Part shown: positions 1 through 9,967 of the stretch, one piece after another | How the letters are laid out: each line of letters starts with the position of its first letter | Numbering within the stretch: the stretch's first letter is position 1 | The notes under the pieces: model-generated | Database searches by the model: none | What the model was told of the DNA's origin: nothing | Seen by the model: the letters and a program-made list of their open reading frames with translations, nothing else | Assembly (NCBI GenBank): GCA_016187035.1 | Contig: JACPKL010000005.1 | Span: forward strand, 199,150-263,149 | DNA from: Candidatus Daviesbacteria bacterium | GTDB lineage: Bacteria; Patescibacteriota; Microgenomatia; Daviesbacterales; UBA10151 | Length of the DNA: 64,000 nt | Direction of reading: 5' to 3' | Translations under genes and position numbers: made by a program

Positions 1-2
1 CA

Positions 3-1877
3 AGTTTTATTTCTTTATCGCATTCATTATTATTTCTTTCTCCTCATTGGTTTAAAAACGTATTTGGAAATATAACTCAACTGCGTTTTGAGTTTATCCT
101 TATTCCAATATTAGTTTTTTTAGCGCCACTGTTTAGGCCAAGGAATCGTTTAGTTGGGTTTTGGCTGGTGATTGCATTAATTTCAATCTTTTTAACCAAA
201 GGTTCTTCTGAGCCATTTGGAGAATTTTATTCTTGGCTTTATTCAAAATTATTAGGCTTCTCTTTGTTTCGGGACTCGTCTAAGTTTTTCTTCTTAACAG
301 CACTTTCTTATACTATTTTAATAGGAATTACAGTTGATGAAATTATCAAGAAAATAAACACTTCATCAATTAGAAATCTATTTTTAGTTATTTTAACAAC
401 TTATTTAATATTTTTAGTTAGCCCTGTTTGGTTGGGTAAGATGACTGGTACCTTTTCTACCCCTTCTTTACAAAAGGAATACGAGCAACTTAACAAATTG
501 ATTCTCAAGGATAATAAAGAAAGCAATATTTTTTGGATACCTACGATCTATCCTTTAACAAGTTTAAATAATCTTCATCCATCGGTTGAAGCTGCACGTT
601 TGGCTCAGAAAAGACCTTTTGCTCAAGCTATTAAAGGAAGCTATGAAACATTTAACTTTTTAAGAGAAGCAAATTATATGGGTCAACTGTTTGATATAGC
701 TAATATAGGATATGTAGTATATCCTCAATTAAATCCAAAAAGAGATAATCTGAATTCAGATAATATCAAATATTACTATACTTTTTTAAATCAGTTGTCT
801 CATTTGGATTGGTTGTCAAGAATTGACAGCTCTAAAGTTCCTTTATTAAGGGTTAAGTCGTATCAAAATAAATTTTTTGTTACTCCAAATACTTGGGTAG
901 TTTTTGGTTCAGACAAAATTTATACTGAATCAACAAAAAGTGCTAATTTAGCTCTTTCAAAAAATGCACTTGTATTTGCTGAAGAATTTTCTTCATTTGG
1001 CAAAGAAATAGACAAATTACCACAAGCCAAAATTGTCCTTTTTCACAAAAACATATTAGATTTAGCAGCTAGCTTTGTTGAAAATAAAGATTTAATCTTC
1101 CCAGCAAAATTTTTAAATCATGACCCGGATGTCTCTAGATGGTGGAAAAGAGATACTTCAGATTTTCGAAATTGGAAAGATTTTTTAGATGATAAATATG
1201 GAATTAATAATCAAGATTTTGATTTGAAGGGAGGATGGGCTATTAGTGAAGGTAATTTAGAGTTGAAAGTAGAAAGCCAGCAAATTACGAAAGGTAAGAT
1301 ATTATTAGCCAGAGTGATGGAGAGTTCAAAATCTGGACAGGTAAATTTTTATCAAAATAATAAGCTAATTGGAGGAATTACTACACAAAAAAAAGATGAT
1401 AATGTTAGATGGTTTGAAGTTGGAATATTAAACGGCGACAGTCAAATAAATATTAAAACAGTCGGCAGTATTAATGTTATTAATGCTTTGGCAGTATTAT
1501 CATTATCAGAGTGGCAGTTATATAAGCAAAAAGCTTTGATTTATAAAGATAAGATAACGGATTTTGAAGATGCAGGAGATGCTAAGGATGATATAGCAGA
1601 TGTACATATTACGTATCAACAAATCAATCCTACAAAATATAAAGTTAGTATAAAAAATTTGAAAAAGAATGCTACGTTGGTATTTGCTCAATACTTTGAT
1701 GATAATTGGAGGTTAAATAGTAAATCTCCATTTTCTGTTTATAGTTTACTTAATGGATTTGAGTTAGACAAAGATGGGATTTATGAGTTAGTTTTTACCC
1801 CACAGGAATATATCCCAATTGGACTAATAATTTCAGCTGCTACATTGCTTCTGTCAATTGTTTTACTTTTTGTATAA
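3..1877 (+). CDS. 5'-partial large membrane protein, function unassigned (possibly glycan-assembly related)
   Basis: Track ORF 168..1877 starts at an internal GTG. The same frame has no stop back to nt 3, so the gene enters from upstream of the window. Hydrophobic N-terminal segments, a long soluble middle and a C-terminal TM helix (IGLIISAATLLLSIVLLFV). It heads a glycosyltransferase operon. Confidence 0.6.
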   Translation, partial: SFISLSHSLLFLSPHWFKNVFGNITQLRFEFILIPILVFLAPLFRPRNRLVGFWLVIALISIFLTKGSSEPFGEFYSWLYSKLLGFSLFRDSSKFFFLTALSYTILIGITVDEIIKKINTSSIRNLFLVILTTYLIFLVSPVWLGKMTGTFSTPSLQKEYEQLNKLILKDNKESNIFWIPTIYPLTSLNNLHPSVEAARLAQKRPFAQAIKGSYETFNFLREANYMGQLFDIANIGYVVYPQLNPKRDNLNSDNIKYYYTFLNQLSHLDWLSRIDSSKVPLLRVKSYQNKFFVTPNTWVVFGSDKIYTESTKSANLALSKNALVFAEEFSSFGKEIDKLPQAKIVLFHKNILDLAASFVENKDLIFPAKFLNHDPDVSRWWKRDTSDFRNWKDFLDDKYGINNQDFDLKGGWAISEGNLELKVESQQITKGKILLARVMESSKSGQVNFYQNNKLIGGITTQKKDDNVRWFEVGILNGDSQINIKTVGSINVINALAVLSLSEWQLYKQKALIYKDKITDFEDAGDAKDDIADVHITYQQINPTKYKVSIKNLKKNATLVFAQYFDDNWRLNSKSPFSVYSLLNGFELDKDGIYELVFTPQEYIPIGLIISAATLLLSIVLLFV

Positions 1878-1892
1878 TTTTTCAAAGAAGAA

Positions 1893-1922
1893 TTAACAGA
1901 TTCTGCGAGCGCGAAGTATAAT
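1893..1922 (+). promoter_or_regulatory. Possible sigma70-like promoter (TTAACA-18-TATAAT) upstream of the flippase gene
   Basis: Hexamers at 1893-98 and 1917-22. The -10 lies inside the 12-bp palindrome TATAATATTATA and is flanked by GCGAGC direct repeats. Confidence 0.35.
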
Positions 1923-1964
1923 ATTATATACTGAAGTGCGAGCAGGTTCTTATGATTTAAGTAT

Positions 1965-3236
1965 ATGTTAAGAAAGATTTTATCAACTCAAACTTGGAGG
2001 CATTCACAAATTACTATTCTGGGAACCATTATTAATGGGGTCTTGGGTGCTATTTTCTATATTTTAATGGCTAGATTCTTAGGACCTGCTGATTTTGGTT
2101 TATTAACAGTTACAATTGTCACCTTAACATTAATTTCTGATATTGGTGATTTAGGGATTAATACTGGTTTAATTCGTTTTGTTTCTTCGTCTTTAAAGAC
2201 TGATAAAGAGAAGGCATTCAGATTTTTGAAACTTAGTTTAGAAATAAAGTTTTTGGTTTGGTTATTAATTCTTATTTCAGGCTTTTTCTTATCCCCCATT
2301 GTTTCTTCGTTAATATTTGGTAAACCTGAACTGATTGTACCTTTGAGGTTGGCGATGATTGGAGTAGGAGGTGCGCTGCTATTTTCTTTTGCAACTTCTG
2401 CTCTACAATCTTTTCAAAAATTCTTTCTTTGGAGCTTTGTTAATATAAGCTCTAATCTATTAAGATTACTGATAATTTTATTTCTCTCTTTTAGCCAACA
2501 GTTAAATCTTTTTTACGGAATTTCAACTTATATAATTCTTCCTTTTTTTGGTTTTTCACTTACACTACTATTTTTACCAGCAAAAAGGATTTTAGCTGTT
2601 TCTAATGAAAGAAGCGTTGCAAAAGAATTTTTCAGATTCAATAAATGGGTTGCCCTTTTTACTTTCATTGCAGCTATTTCATCCAGACTGGATACTTTTT
2701 TAAATACCCGACTTTTATCAGTTCAAGATATTGGTATATATGGAGCTGCCAATCAGCTGACTCAAATTATTCCTCAGGTTGTAGGAGCATTAGGAGTGGT
2801 GGCAGCACCTAAATTTGCTAGCTTCCAAGATAATAAACAGATGCTTAATTACTTTAAAAAGTTCCAGTTTTTAGTATTAGGTTTGAGTTTGTTAATAAGT
2901 CTTGCTATCCCACTATCATTTTTTGCTTTACCATTTTTGTATGGATCGAAGTACTTACAATCAGTTACACCTTTTATTATTTTACTTGTAGCTATGTTGG
3001 TTTTTCTAATTTCAGTGCCATTACATAACTGCATAATTTTTTATTTTGGCAGATCAGATATTTTTGTTTGGATTTCAATTATTCACCTTTTTATCATAGG
3101 TGTCTTAGGATACTTAATGATTACGAATTACGGAGTAATCGGAACTGCCTTAACAGTGTTGGTTGGTATGATTGCTAATTTCCTACTTCCTTTATTTTGG
3201 TTTATTAAATTGAATAAAGAAAAGGTGAAAAAATGA
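1965..3236 (+). CDS. Wzx/MOP-family polysaccharide flippase
   Basis: 423 aa and polytopic. The N-terminus (ITILGTIINGVLGAIFYILMARFLGPADFGLL) is typical of polysaccharide-biosynthesis (Wzx-like) transporters. ATGA overlap with the next gene. Confidence 0.7.
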   Translation: MLRKILSTQTWRHSQITILGTIINGVLGAIFYILMARFLGPADFGLLTVTIVTLTLISDIGDLGINTGLIRFVSSSLKTDKEKAFRFLKLSLEIKFLVWLLILISGFFLSPIVSSLIFGKPELIVPLRLAMIGVGGALLFSFATSALQSFQKFFLWSFVNISSNLLRLLIILFLSFSQQLNLFYGISTYIILPFFGFSLTLLFLPAKRILAVSNERSVAKEFFRFNKWVALFTFIAAISSRLDTFLNTRLLSVQDIGIYGAANQLTQIIPQVVGALGVVAAPKFASFQDNKQMLNYFKKFQFLVLGLSLLISLAIPLSFFALPFLYGSKYLQSVTPFIILLVAMLVFLISVPLHNCIIFYFGRSDIFVWISIIHLFIIGVLGYLMITNYGVIGTALTVLVGMIANFLLPLFWFIKLNKEKVKK

Positions 3237-4024
3237 CTATTTGGGTGAATGCTATTGTACATAATGAGGAAAATTTTCTCTGGTTTGCTATTATGAGTGT
3301 GGTAGATTATGTTGATAAAGTTTTAGTATATGATACAGGTTCAACTGATAAAACTGTAGAGATAATAAGGGGAATAAGGGGGATTAAGGGGGATAAGGTG
3401 GAGTTTAAGGAGGTAGGTGTTGTTGATAAGGATAGGTTTCCTAAAATGCGTCAGGCTATGCTTGATGAGTCAAGATGTGATTGGATTTTAGTTTTAGATG
3501 GAGACGAAATTTGGTGGGAGGCTTCAATAAAAAAAGTTATAAATACTATCCAGAAAGAAGGAAATAAAATAGATGGAATTGTAGTGCCGATGATTGTTCC
3601 GGTGGGAGATATTTACCATTTTCAAGAAGAAAAGGCTGGGCAATATCAACTTTTGGGTAGAAAAGGGCATCTTAGTTTAAGGGCAATTAACAAAAAAATT
3701 CCTGGCCTTCATGTAGATTGGCCATATGGGAAGGAGAGTTATTTGGATAAAAACAATTCCCTGATTCAAGAAAGAGAAAATGTTATTTTTTTAGACAGCC
3801 CTTATCTGCATGTCACTCATCTTAAAAGATCTACTTCTAAGAGATGTTCCAATAAATTTAAACATGAATTGGGAAATATAAAAAAAGATTTTCAATATCC
3901 AGAAGTTTTTAGCAAAAGATTTCCTTCTATTGTTTCTTCACCCTGGCAAAAAATAAAAGGTGTAGATTTATTGATAGCAAAAGTATTAACACCATTTAGA
4001 AAAATTAAGAGGAGAATAAAATGA
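3233..4024 (+). CDS. GT2-family glycosyltransferase
   Basis: VYDTGSTDKT and VLDGDE (DxD) motifs of the GT-A fold. ATGA overlaps on both sides. Confidence 0.75.
   Translation: MTIWVNAIVHNEENFLWFAIMSVVDYVDKVLVYDTGSTDKTVEIIRGIRGIKGDKVEFKEVGVVDKDRFPKMRQAMLDESRCDWILVLDGDEIWWEASIKKVINTIQKEGNKIDGIVVPMIVPVGDIYHFQEEKAGQYQLLGRKGHLSLRAINKKIPGLHVDWPYGKESYLDKNNSLIQERENVIFLDSPYLHVTHLKRSTSKRCSNKFKHELGNIKKDFQYPEVFSKRFPSIVSSPWQKIKGVDLLIAKVLTPFRKIKRRIK
3369..3401 (+). repeat. In-CDS G-tract module (GGGGaataaGGGGGattaaGGGGGataaGGtGG)
   Basis: Three G4-5 runs at 9-10 nt spacing plus a split fourth run. Encodes RGIRGIKGDKV in a GT2 gene. Confidence 0.8.
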
Positions 4025-4728
4025 AGTTCTTCAAAAAAATGGGTAAATACACAGGTACTTCAACATTAGAGAGTATGAGCCAGGCAGAGTTTTATAATAA
4101 GTGGACTTTAAGTAAATTTAGAAAATATTTGAAAGGTGAAATATTGGAAATTGGTTGTGGAATAGGTAATTTTACTTCCACCTTATCTAAATTTGGAAAA
4201 GTTACCTCTATAGATATAGATAAGCATCTAATTGATATTTCCAGAAAAAATAATAGTTATAATATTCAAGTAGGTTTTGGGAATATAGAGAAAGGACAAT
4301 ATTTTTTTAAAGAAAAATTATTCGACACGGTAGTTTGTATAAATGTTTTAGAACATATTAATAATGATACCGAAGCTTTGAAGAATATGTTTAAACTTTT
4401 GAAAAAGGGTGGGAATTTAATTCTTTTGGTTCCCATTTACGATTTCTTATTTGGTGAAATAGATAAAGCTGTTTTGCATTTCCGAAGATATAACCCTGAT
4501 AATTTAGTTAAAGAAATGCAAGAGATAGGTTATACAGTTATTTCCCATAGAAAATTAAATTTTATAGGTGCAATTGGTTGGTTTATTTCCGGAAGAATAT
4601 TAAAAAATAAACAAATTACTGAGGGAAAAATAAAATTATTTAATTTATTTTCACCACTTTTATATTTAGAGAATATAATTGAACCACCAATAGGAACTTC
4701 GATTTTAGTAATTGTAGAGAAGGAATAA
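4021..4728 (+). CDS. Class I SAM-dependent methyltransferase
   Basis: Motif I ILEIGCGIGNFT and a later VVCINVLEHI segment, typical of the Methyltransf_11/23 type. Confidence 0.8.
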   Translation: MKFFKKMGKYTGTSTLESMSQAEFYNKWTLSKFRKYLKGEILEIGCGIGNFTSTLSKFGKVTSIDIDKHLIDISRKNNSYNIQVGFGNIEKGQYFFKEKLFDTVVCINVLEHINNDTEALKNMFKLLKKGGNLILLVPIYDFLFGEIDKAVLHFRRYNPDNLVKEMQEIGYTVISHRKLNFIGAIGWFISGRILKNKQITEGKIKLFNLFSPLLYLENIIEPPIGTSILVIVEKE

Positions 4729-4730
4729 AT

Positions 4731-5441
4731 TTGAAACTATCCATTATAATCCCTGTATATAATGAAGAAAAAACTATCGGTGAGCTTCTGCAAAAAGTTA
4801 ATAATCAAAAGCTACCCAAAGGTTTAATAAAAGAAATAATTGTTGTTGATGATGGTTCCTCAGATCTTACTCAAAATATTCTTAAGGGATATAAGAACAA
4901 GATGATAAAGGTTTTCCGGCATAAGGAAAACCTTGGTAAAGGAGCTGCAATAAGAACAGGACTGGAAAAAGTATCAGGAGAAATTTGTATAATCCAGGAT
5001 GCAGATTTGGAGTACGATCCTCAAGACTATCAGAGATTGCTTGACCCCATATTGAAAGATCAAACACAAGTTGTGTATGGTACCCGGTTAATTAATTACC
5101 CACTAAAGTTCTGGGGTCAAGAAAAAACTGTCTTACCCTTACATTTAATTGCTAATAGATTTTTAACTCTACTTACAAATATTCTATACGGAAGCAATTT
5201 AAGTGATATGGAAACAGGGTATAAACTATTTAGAAAAAAAGTGTTGGAAAATATAGTAGTAAACTCTCGTAAGTTTGATTTTGAAGCTGAAATAACGGCG
5301 AAGATCTTGAGGCAGGGTATTAAAATAGTGGAAGTTCCAATTAAATGTAAGCCACGTACATATAACGAAGGGAAAAAGATAAGCTGGAAGGATGGAGTTA
5401 GTGCAATTTGGACCCTTTTTAGGTATCGTTTAATTGATTAG
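4731..5441 (+). CDS. GT2 glycosyltransferase, polyprenol-phosphate sugar synthase (Dpm1/GtrB-like)
   Basis: LSIIIPVYNEEKTI, VVDDGSSDLT and IQDADLEYDP motifs. TTG start as in the track. Confidence 0.8.
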   Translation: MKLSIIIPVYNEEKTIGELLQKVNNQKLPKGLIKEIIVVDDGSSDLTQNILKGYKNKMIKVFRHKENLGKGAAIRTGLEKVSGEICIIQDADLEYDPQDYQRLLDPILKDQTQVVYGTRLINYPLKFWGQEKTVLPLHLIANRFLTLLTNILYGSNLSDMETGYKLFRKKVLENIVVNSRKFDFEAEITAKILRQGIKIVEVPIKCKPRTYNEGKKISWKDGVSAIWTLFRYRLID

Positions 5442-5444
5442 TTT

Positions 5445-6428
5445 ATGAAGATTTTATTTCTTAACAGGTATCAAAGTAGAATTGAAAGAGGAGCTGAAAG
5501 TTTTATTGGAGAGTTGAGTAGCAGATTATCCTTGAAACATTCTGTTGATATTTTTTCTGATAATAAAGCTGATTCATTAAAAGCAGTACTAAAAGGTAAA
5601 TACGATATTGTAGTTCCAGTAAACGGTAGATGGCAAAGTCTAAAGGTTTCTCTCGCAAAATACATAGGTGGATATAAGCAAAGCTTGAATTTTTCGCTTC
5701 GCTCAAAATATAAAGTATTAATTACTGGTCATAGCGGTCAGGGCTGGGATGATATTTGGAATATAGCTGTCGCTAAACCGGATGTATTTGTAGCACTGAC
5801 AGACAATATGGCGGCTTGGGCTAGAAAGTGGGCATGGGGCAGCAGGGTAGTAAAGATTCCAAATGGTATTGATTTAAGTAAATTTTCACCCAGAGGTGAG
5901 AAAATATATCTTGATTTACCAAGACCCATTATTTTATCTTGTGGAGCTTTAGTTTGGTATAAGCATCACGAAAAAGTAATTGATGCGGTTTCAAAGATGG
6001 ATGAAGGATCAGTATTAATAGTAGGTGAAGGGCGTTTAAAGGATGAGTTAATAAAAAGAGCTAATGAAACTTTAAGTAAAAGATTCATGATATTAAACGT
6101 TAAACATGAGGATATGCCAAAAATATATAGATCAGTAGATTTATTCACCCTTCCTTCTTGGGATAGAGAAGCGTTTGGTATTGTTTATTTGGAAGCTTTA
6201 GCATCTGGCTTAGGGATTGTGGCGCCAGATGACGCTACAAGAAGAGAGATAATAGGAGAGGCGGGAATACTAATCAATGAAAAAGATTCATTGATTTACG
6301 CAAAAGCCTTGGGTCAAGCTTTAAGAATGAATTGGGAAAATAAAGCTAGACTACAAGCAGAAAAATTTTCCTGGGAGAAAATTGCAAGACAATATGAGCA
6401 AATAATGATGGAGATTTTGCCAAAATGA
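5445..6428 (+). CDS. GT4-family (GT-B) glycosyltransferase
   Basis: C-terminal EAFGIVYLEALASGLGIVAPD (E-x7-E) and a KFSWEKIARQ tail shared with the other GT4 genes here. Confidence 0.8.
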   Translation: MKILFLNRYQSRIERGAESFIGELSSRLSLKHSVDIFSDNKADSLKAVLKGKYDIVVPVNGRWQSLKVSLAKYIGGYKQSLNFSLRSKYKVLITGHSGQGWDDIWNIAVAKPDVFVALTDNMAAWARKWAWGSRVVKIPNGIDLSKFSPRGEKIYLDLPRPIILSCGALVWYKHHEKVIDAVSKMDEGSVLIVGEGRLKDELIKRANETLSKRFMILNVKHEDMPKIYRSVDLFTLPSWDREAFGIVYLEALASGLGIVAPDDATRREIIGEAGILINEKDSLIYAKALGQALRMNWENKARLQAEKFSWEKIARQYEQIMMEILPK

Positions 6429-7168
6429 TCAGCGTTACAATAATTACATTAAACGAAGAAAAAAATCTTAGAAAATCCTTAATAAGTATAAAAAATTTAG
6501 CAGACGAAATAATTGTGGTTGATAGTGGAAGTAATGATAATACTGTAAAAATTGCCAAAGAGTTTGGAGCTAAAGTTTTTTTTAGAAAATTTGATAACTT
6601 TGCAAATCAAAAGAATTGGGCAATGTCAAAAGCTTCTAATGATTGGATACTTTCAGTTGATGCAGACGAGGAAATATCTAATCAGTTGGCTGATGAAATA
6701 AAAGTTGTCACTGATGGTGGTAATTACAATGGGTTTTTAATCCCGAGAAAAAACTTTATATTAGGAAAAGAAATTAAATATTCAAGGTGGAGTCCTGATG
6801 AACATATTTGGCTTTGGAAAAAAGCCTCTGGAAAATGGACAGGAGATGTGCATGAAGAAGTGATAGTTAAAGGGAAGGTGGGAAAACTGAAATATAGCAA
6901 ACTCCATTACTCACACAAAACAATAAATCAAATTTTAGCGTCAAATAATTTTTATTCAACACTTCTTTCCCAAAGTATGTATAAAAATAATATAAAGTTT
7001 TCGATAATAAAAATGTTCTGGAATTCTTCCTTTGAATTTAGCATAAGATTCTTTTATAAATTAGGATTTCTGGATGGATGGAGGGGATTTGTTCTAGCCT
7101 ATATAATGGGTATTTATCAATTAACGGTATGGGTTAAACTTTGGGAGCTACATCAAGAAAAACCTTAA
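6425..7168 (+). CDS. GT2-family glycosyltransferase
   Basis: ISVTIITLNEEKNL, VVDSGSNDNT and SVDADEE motifs. ATGA overlap upstream. Confidence 0.8.
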   Translation: MISVTIITLNEEKNLRKSLISIKNLADEIIVVDSGSNDNTVKIAKEFGAKVFFRKFDNFANQKNWAMSKASNDWILSVDADEEISNQLADEIKVVTDGGNYNGFLIPRKNFILGKEIKYSRWSPDEHIWLWKKASGKWTGDVHEEVIVKGKVGKLKYSKLHYSHKTINQILASNNFYSTLLSQSMYKNNIKFSIIKMFWNSSFEFSIRFFYKLGFLDGWRGFVLAYIMGIYQLTVWVKLWELHQEKP

Positions 7169-8598
7169 TGTTATTATTTATACTTTTTCTAGGATTTATT
7201 TTAAGAAGTATAAGTTTGAATCAGAGTCTTTGGTTGGATGAGGCGATTAATGTTTTAGCTGCCCAAAAATTTTCCTTATGGGGAATTATTTCAGAATATG
7301 CTATAGCAGATTTTCATCCACCAGGATATTTTGTTATCCTTTGGCTTTGGACAAAGTTTTTTGGAATTAGTGAAATTTTAGTCAGAATTCCTTCGATGAT
7401 ATTTGGAATTCTGACAATATATATTGTTTTCTTATTAGGTCAAAAATTACATTCAAAGACTTTAGGAATTATCTCTGCTTTATTATTAGCAATTAATCCC
7501 TTGCATATTTATTACAGCCAAGAGGCCAGAATGTATGCTTTGGCAACTCTTGCAGTCTCAATAAATATGCTTCTTTTTATAAAGCTTATCAATAGGGATA
7601 AGGGGAATAGGGGTGATAGGGTGATTTATATATTAAGCAATCTTTTAGTTTTAGTCTCTGATTATGTAGCATATTTCATTTTTCCCGCCCAACTTATAAT
7701 TCTTTTTATCTTAAAAAAAGGGGCAATGGTCAAAAAATGGTTTATTGCACTTGCAGTATCAGTCCTTCTTGGCATTTGGTGGTTACCAGTATTTATCAAT
7801 CAGTTGAGTGTTGGGTCGGCAGCTTCTGCAAATTTGCCAACCTGGAAATTTGTAGTGGGAGGATTTGATGTTAAAGCAATACCATTAACTTTTGTAAAAT
7901 TCATTATTGGTAGAATTAACCTAGCAAATAAAATTATTTACTATTCATTACTTTTACCGATTTGTTTATTATTCTTATTTTTTATTTCAAGAGGGATTAA
8001 ATATATCAAAGGTGATGTGCGCAATTTATTGATAATTTGGTTGGGGATTCCTTTAATTTTGGCAACTTTGATTTCTTTTACCTTACCCATATACAGCTAT
8101 TTTAGACTTATATTTATTCTGCCAGCCTTTATAATATTAATTGCCTCGGGTGTTCTTTCTTTTCAATCTAAATTAAGATATCTATTTTTGGGAACAATTT
8201 TATTAGTTTATTTTTTTTCAACCTTCGTTTATTTATTTAATAATTCATTCCAAAGAGAGGATTGGAGAGGTTTAATAAATTATTTGAAACTAGTGGATAA
8301 AAATTATTTAGTTTATTTTGAAAGTTCTGGAACATTTCCTTCCTTTGATTATTATGCTAAAAACAGTATAAACGCAAAAGGCGCGCTCAAGGATTTTCCA
8401 GCAAAAGATAAAGATAATTTGATAAATTTAAAAACTGATTCTGAAAATACTAAAGATATTTATTTAGTTGATTATTTAGTTGACATTAGTGATCCGAATA
8501 GATTAGTTGCAAAAGAATTAGAAAATTTGGGATATGTTCAAAGCGGGATTAAAGACTTTATTGGGGTTGGATTTGTTTATCATTATGTTAAAAAGTAA
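7168..8598 (+). CDS. Polytopic GT-C glycosyltransferase (ArnT/PMT_2-like, GT39/83-type)
   Basis: Many TM helices and an LWLDEAINV acidic motif in the first external loop. The track start at 7141 (TTG) was trimmed to the ATG at 7168, which overlaps the upstream TAA (TAATG). Confidence 0.65.
   Translation: MLLFILFLGFILRSISLNQSLWLDEAINVLAAQKFSLWGIISEYAIADFHPPGYFVILWLWTKFFGISEILVRIPSMIFGILTIYIVFLLGQKLHSKTLGIISALLLAINPLHIYYSQEARMYALATLAVSINMLLFIKLINRDKGNRGDRVIYILSNLLVLVSDYVAYFIFPAQLIILFILKKGAMVKKWFIALAVSVLLGIWWLPVFINQLSVGSAASANLPTWKFVVGGFDVKAIPLTFVKFIIGRINLANKIIYYSLLLPICLLFLFFISRGIKYIKGDVRNLLIIWLGIPLILATLISFTLPIYSYFRLIFILPAFIILIASGVLSFQSKLRYLFLGTILLVYFFSTFVYLFNNSFQREDWRGLINYLKLVDKNYLVYFESSGTFPSFDYYAKNSINAKGALKDFPAKDKDNLINLKTDSENTKDIYLVDYLVDISDPNRLVAKELENLGYVQSGIKDFIGVGFVYHYVKK
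7595..7621 (+). repeat. In-CDS G-tract module, canonical G4 motif (GGGataaGGGGaataGGGGtgataGGG)
   Basis: Four G3-4 runs with 4-5 nt loops, about 9-nt period. Encodes RDKGNRGDR in a loop of the ArnT-like protein. Confidence 0.85.
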
Positions 8599-9937
8599 AA
8601 TAGCTATAGTTTTTTTAGCACTTTTAATTATTCTACATACTTTTCTATTATCCAGGCTTATTTTCTTCCCCTACCCAGAGCTATTTGTCTATCCATATTT
8701 GACTAATAGAGGCCTTAAACCTTATCAACAAATATTAGATCAACATTTTCCTGGCTTAATGTTTCTGCCAATCAACTTTGATAATTTAGGGATGAAAACG
8801 CCTGAGGTGGCTAGACTTTGGTTAATTTCCGTTGTTAGTTTCACTCATTTATTACTTTTTTTAATTAGCAGCAAAATATTAAAAAGCAAATTTAGGGCGT
8901 TACTTGTAAATCTTCTATATTTGATTTGGCAGCCTTTTTTTGAAGGATGGGTTTTATGGATAGATAGTCTCCTACCTATTGTACTATTGCCAGCTTATTA
9001 TGCTTTATATAAGCGGAAGTTTTTTCTGACTGGACTTTTGTTAGGTATGGGGATTATTTTTAAACAGGTTCTTATCCCGCTTGCTGGACTAGTTTTAATA
9101 TATATATTTTGGGAGATGAGAGAGGTAAGGGTGATTAGAAGATATTTATATGGGTTAGGCTTACCTCTTGTTTTTGTGACTGCTTATCTTTTCTCAATTG
9201 GGGTTTTAGGGGATTTTTGGTATTGGACTATTGTTTTTAATATGATTACTTATGTGCAATTTGGTCGAGGAATGGGACCTTCTTTTGCTCATTTTGCAAG
9301 GGTAGCCTTAGTTTTTGGAATAGCTTCTTTTATTCTTCTAAAGATAAAGACGCGGGATGCCCAGCTCTTACTAATTTTTCTATTTGGGACCTTGTTTGGG
9401 CTTTCAACCAGATTTGATTTTGTCCACTTTCAGCCGGCCTTACCTTTCGCTGCCTTGGCAACTGCCTATATATTTTGGAAACTTGGAGGATCTTGGGTAG
9501 TCAAGGTTTTTGCGGTAGGTTATTTATTAACTACTGTATGGTGGTTAGTCACTTTTTACAGAGGACACCTTGGTGAGAAAATTCTTTTTTTTGATAAACA
9601 GACTGTTGAGGTTGCTAGTAAAATTAGAAGGTATACAAAAAATAATGATAAAATCTTTGTTTTTGGGGCAGCTCCAAATCTTTATCAAATGTCTGATAGG
9701 TTACCTGCTGGAGATATTTTTGTTTTCCAATTTCCTTGGTTTTTAATGGCAGCAGAAGATAGATTGTTGGCGGGGATAATAAAAGATCAGCCCCAAATCA
9801 TTGTTTCTGATAGAAACACGGAGATTGAAGGGCGAAAAATTTCAGATTTTGCTCCTAAGTTAGATAAGTATATTATTCAAAACTATCATTCAATCGATAA
9901 GGTAGGAACAGTGTCAATACTTAATCGGAATCCTTAG
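8585..9937 (+). CDS. Polytopic membrane protein, possible GT-C-like glycosyltransferase
   Basis: About 12 hydrophobic helices followed by a soluble C-terminal domain. No diagnostic motif recognised. The track start at 8534 was trimmed to the ATG at 8585 (MLKSKIAIVF...). Confidence 0.45.
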   Translation: MLKSKIAIVFLALLIILHTFLLSRLIFFPYPELFVYPYLTNRGLKPYQQILDQHFPGLMFLPINFDNLGMKTPEVARLWLISVVSFTHLLLFLISSKILKSKFRALLVNLLYLIWQPFFEGWVLWIDSLLPIVLLPAYYALYKRKFFLTGLLLGMGIIFKQVLIPLAGLVLIYIFWEMREVRVIRRYLYGLGLPLVFVTAYLFSIGVLGDFWYWTIVFNMITYVQFGRGMGPSFAHFARVALVFGIASFILLKIKTRDAQLLLIFLFGTLFGLSTRFDFVHFQPALPFAALATAYIFWKLGGSWVVKVFAVGYLLTTVWWLVTFYRGHLGEKILFFDKQTVEVASKIRRYTKNNDKIFVFGAAPNLYQMSDRLPAGDIFVFQFPWFLMAAEDRLLAGIIKDQPQIIVSDRNTEIEGRKISDFAPKLDKYIIQNYHSIDKVGTVSILNRNP

Positions 9938-9967
9938 TTCCTACATATAATCTGATACAATAATTCT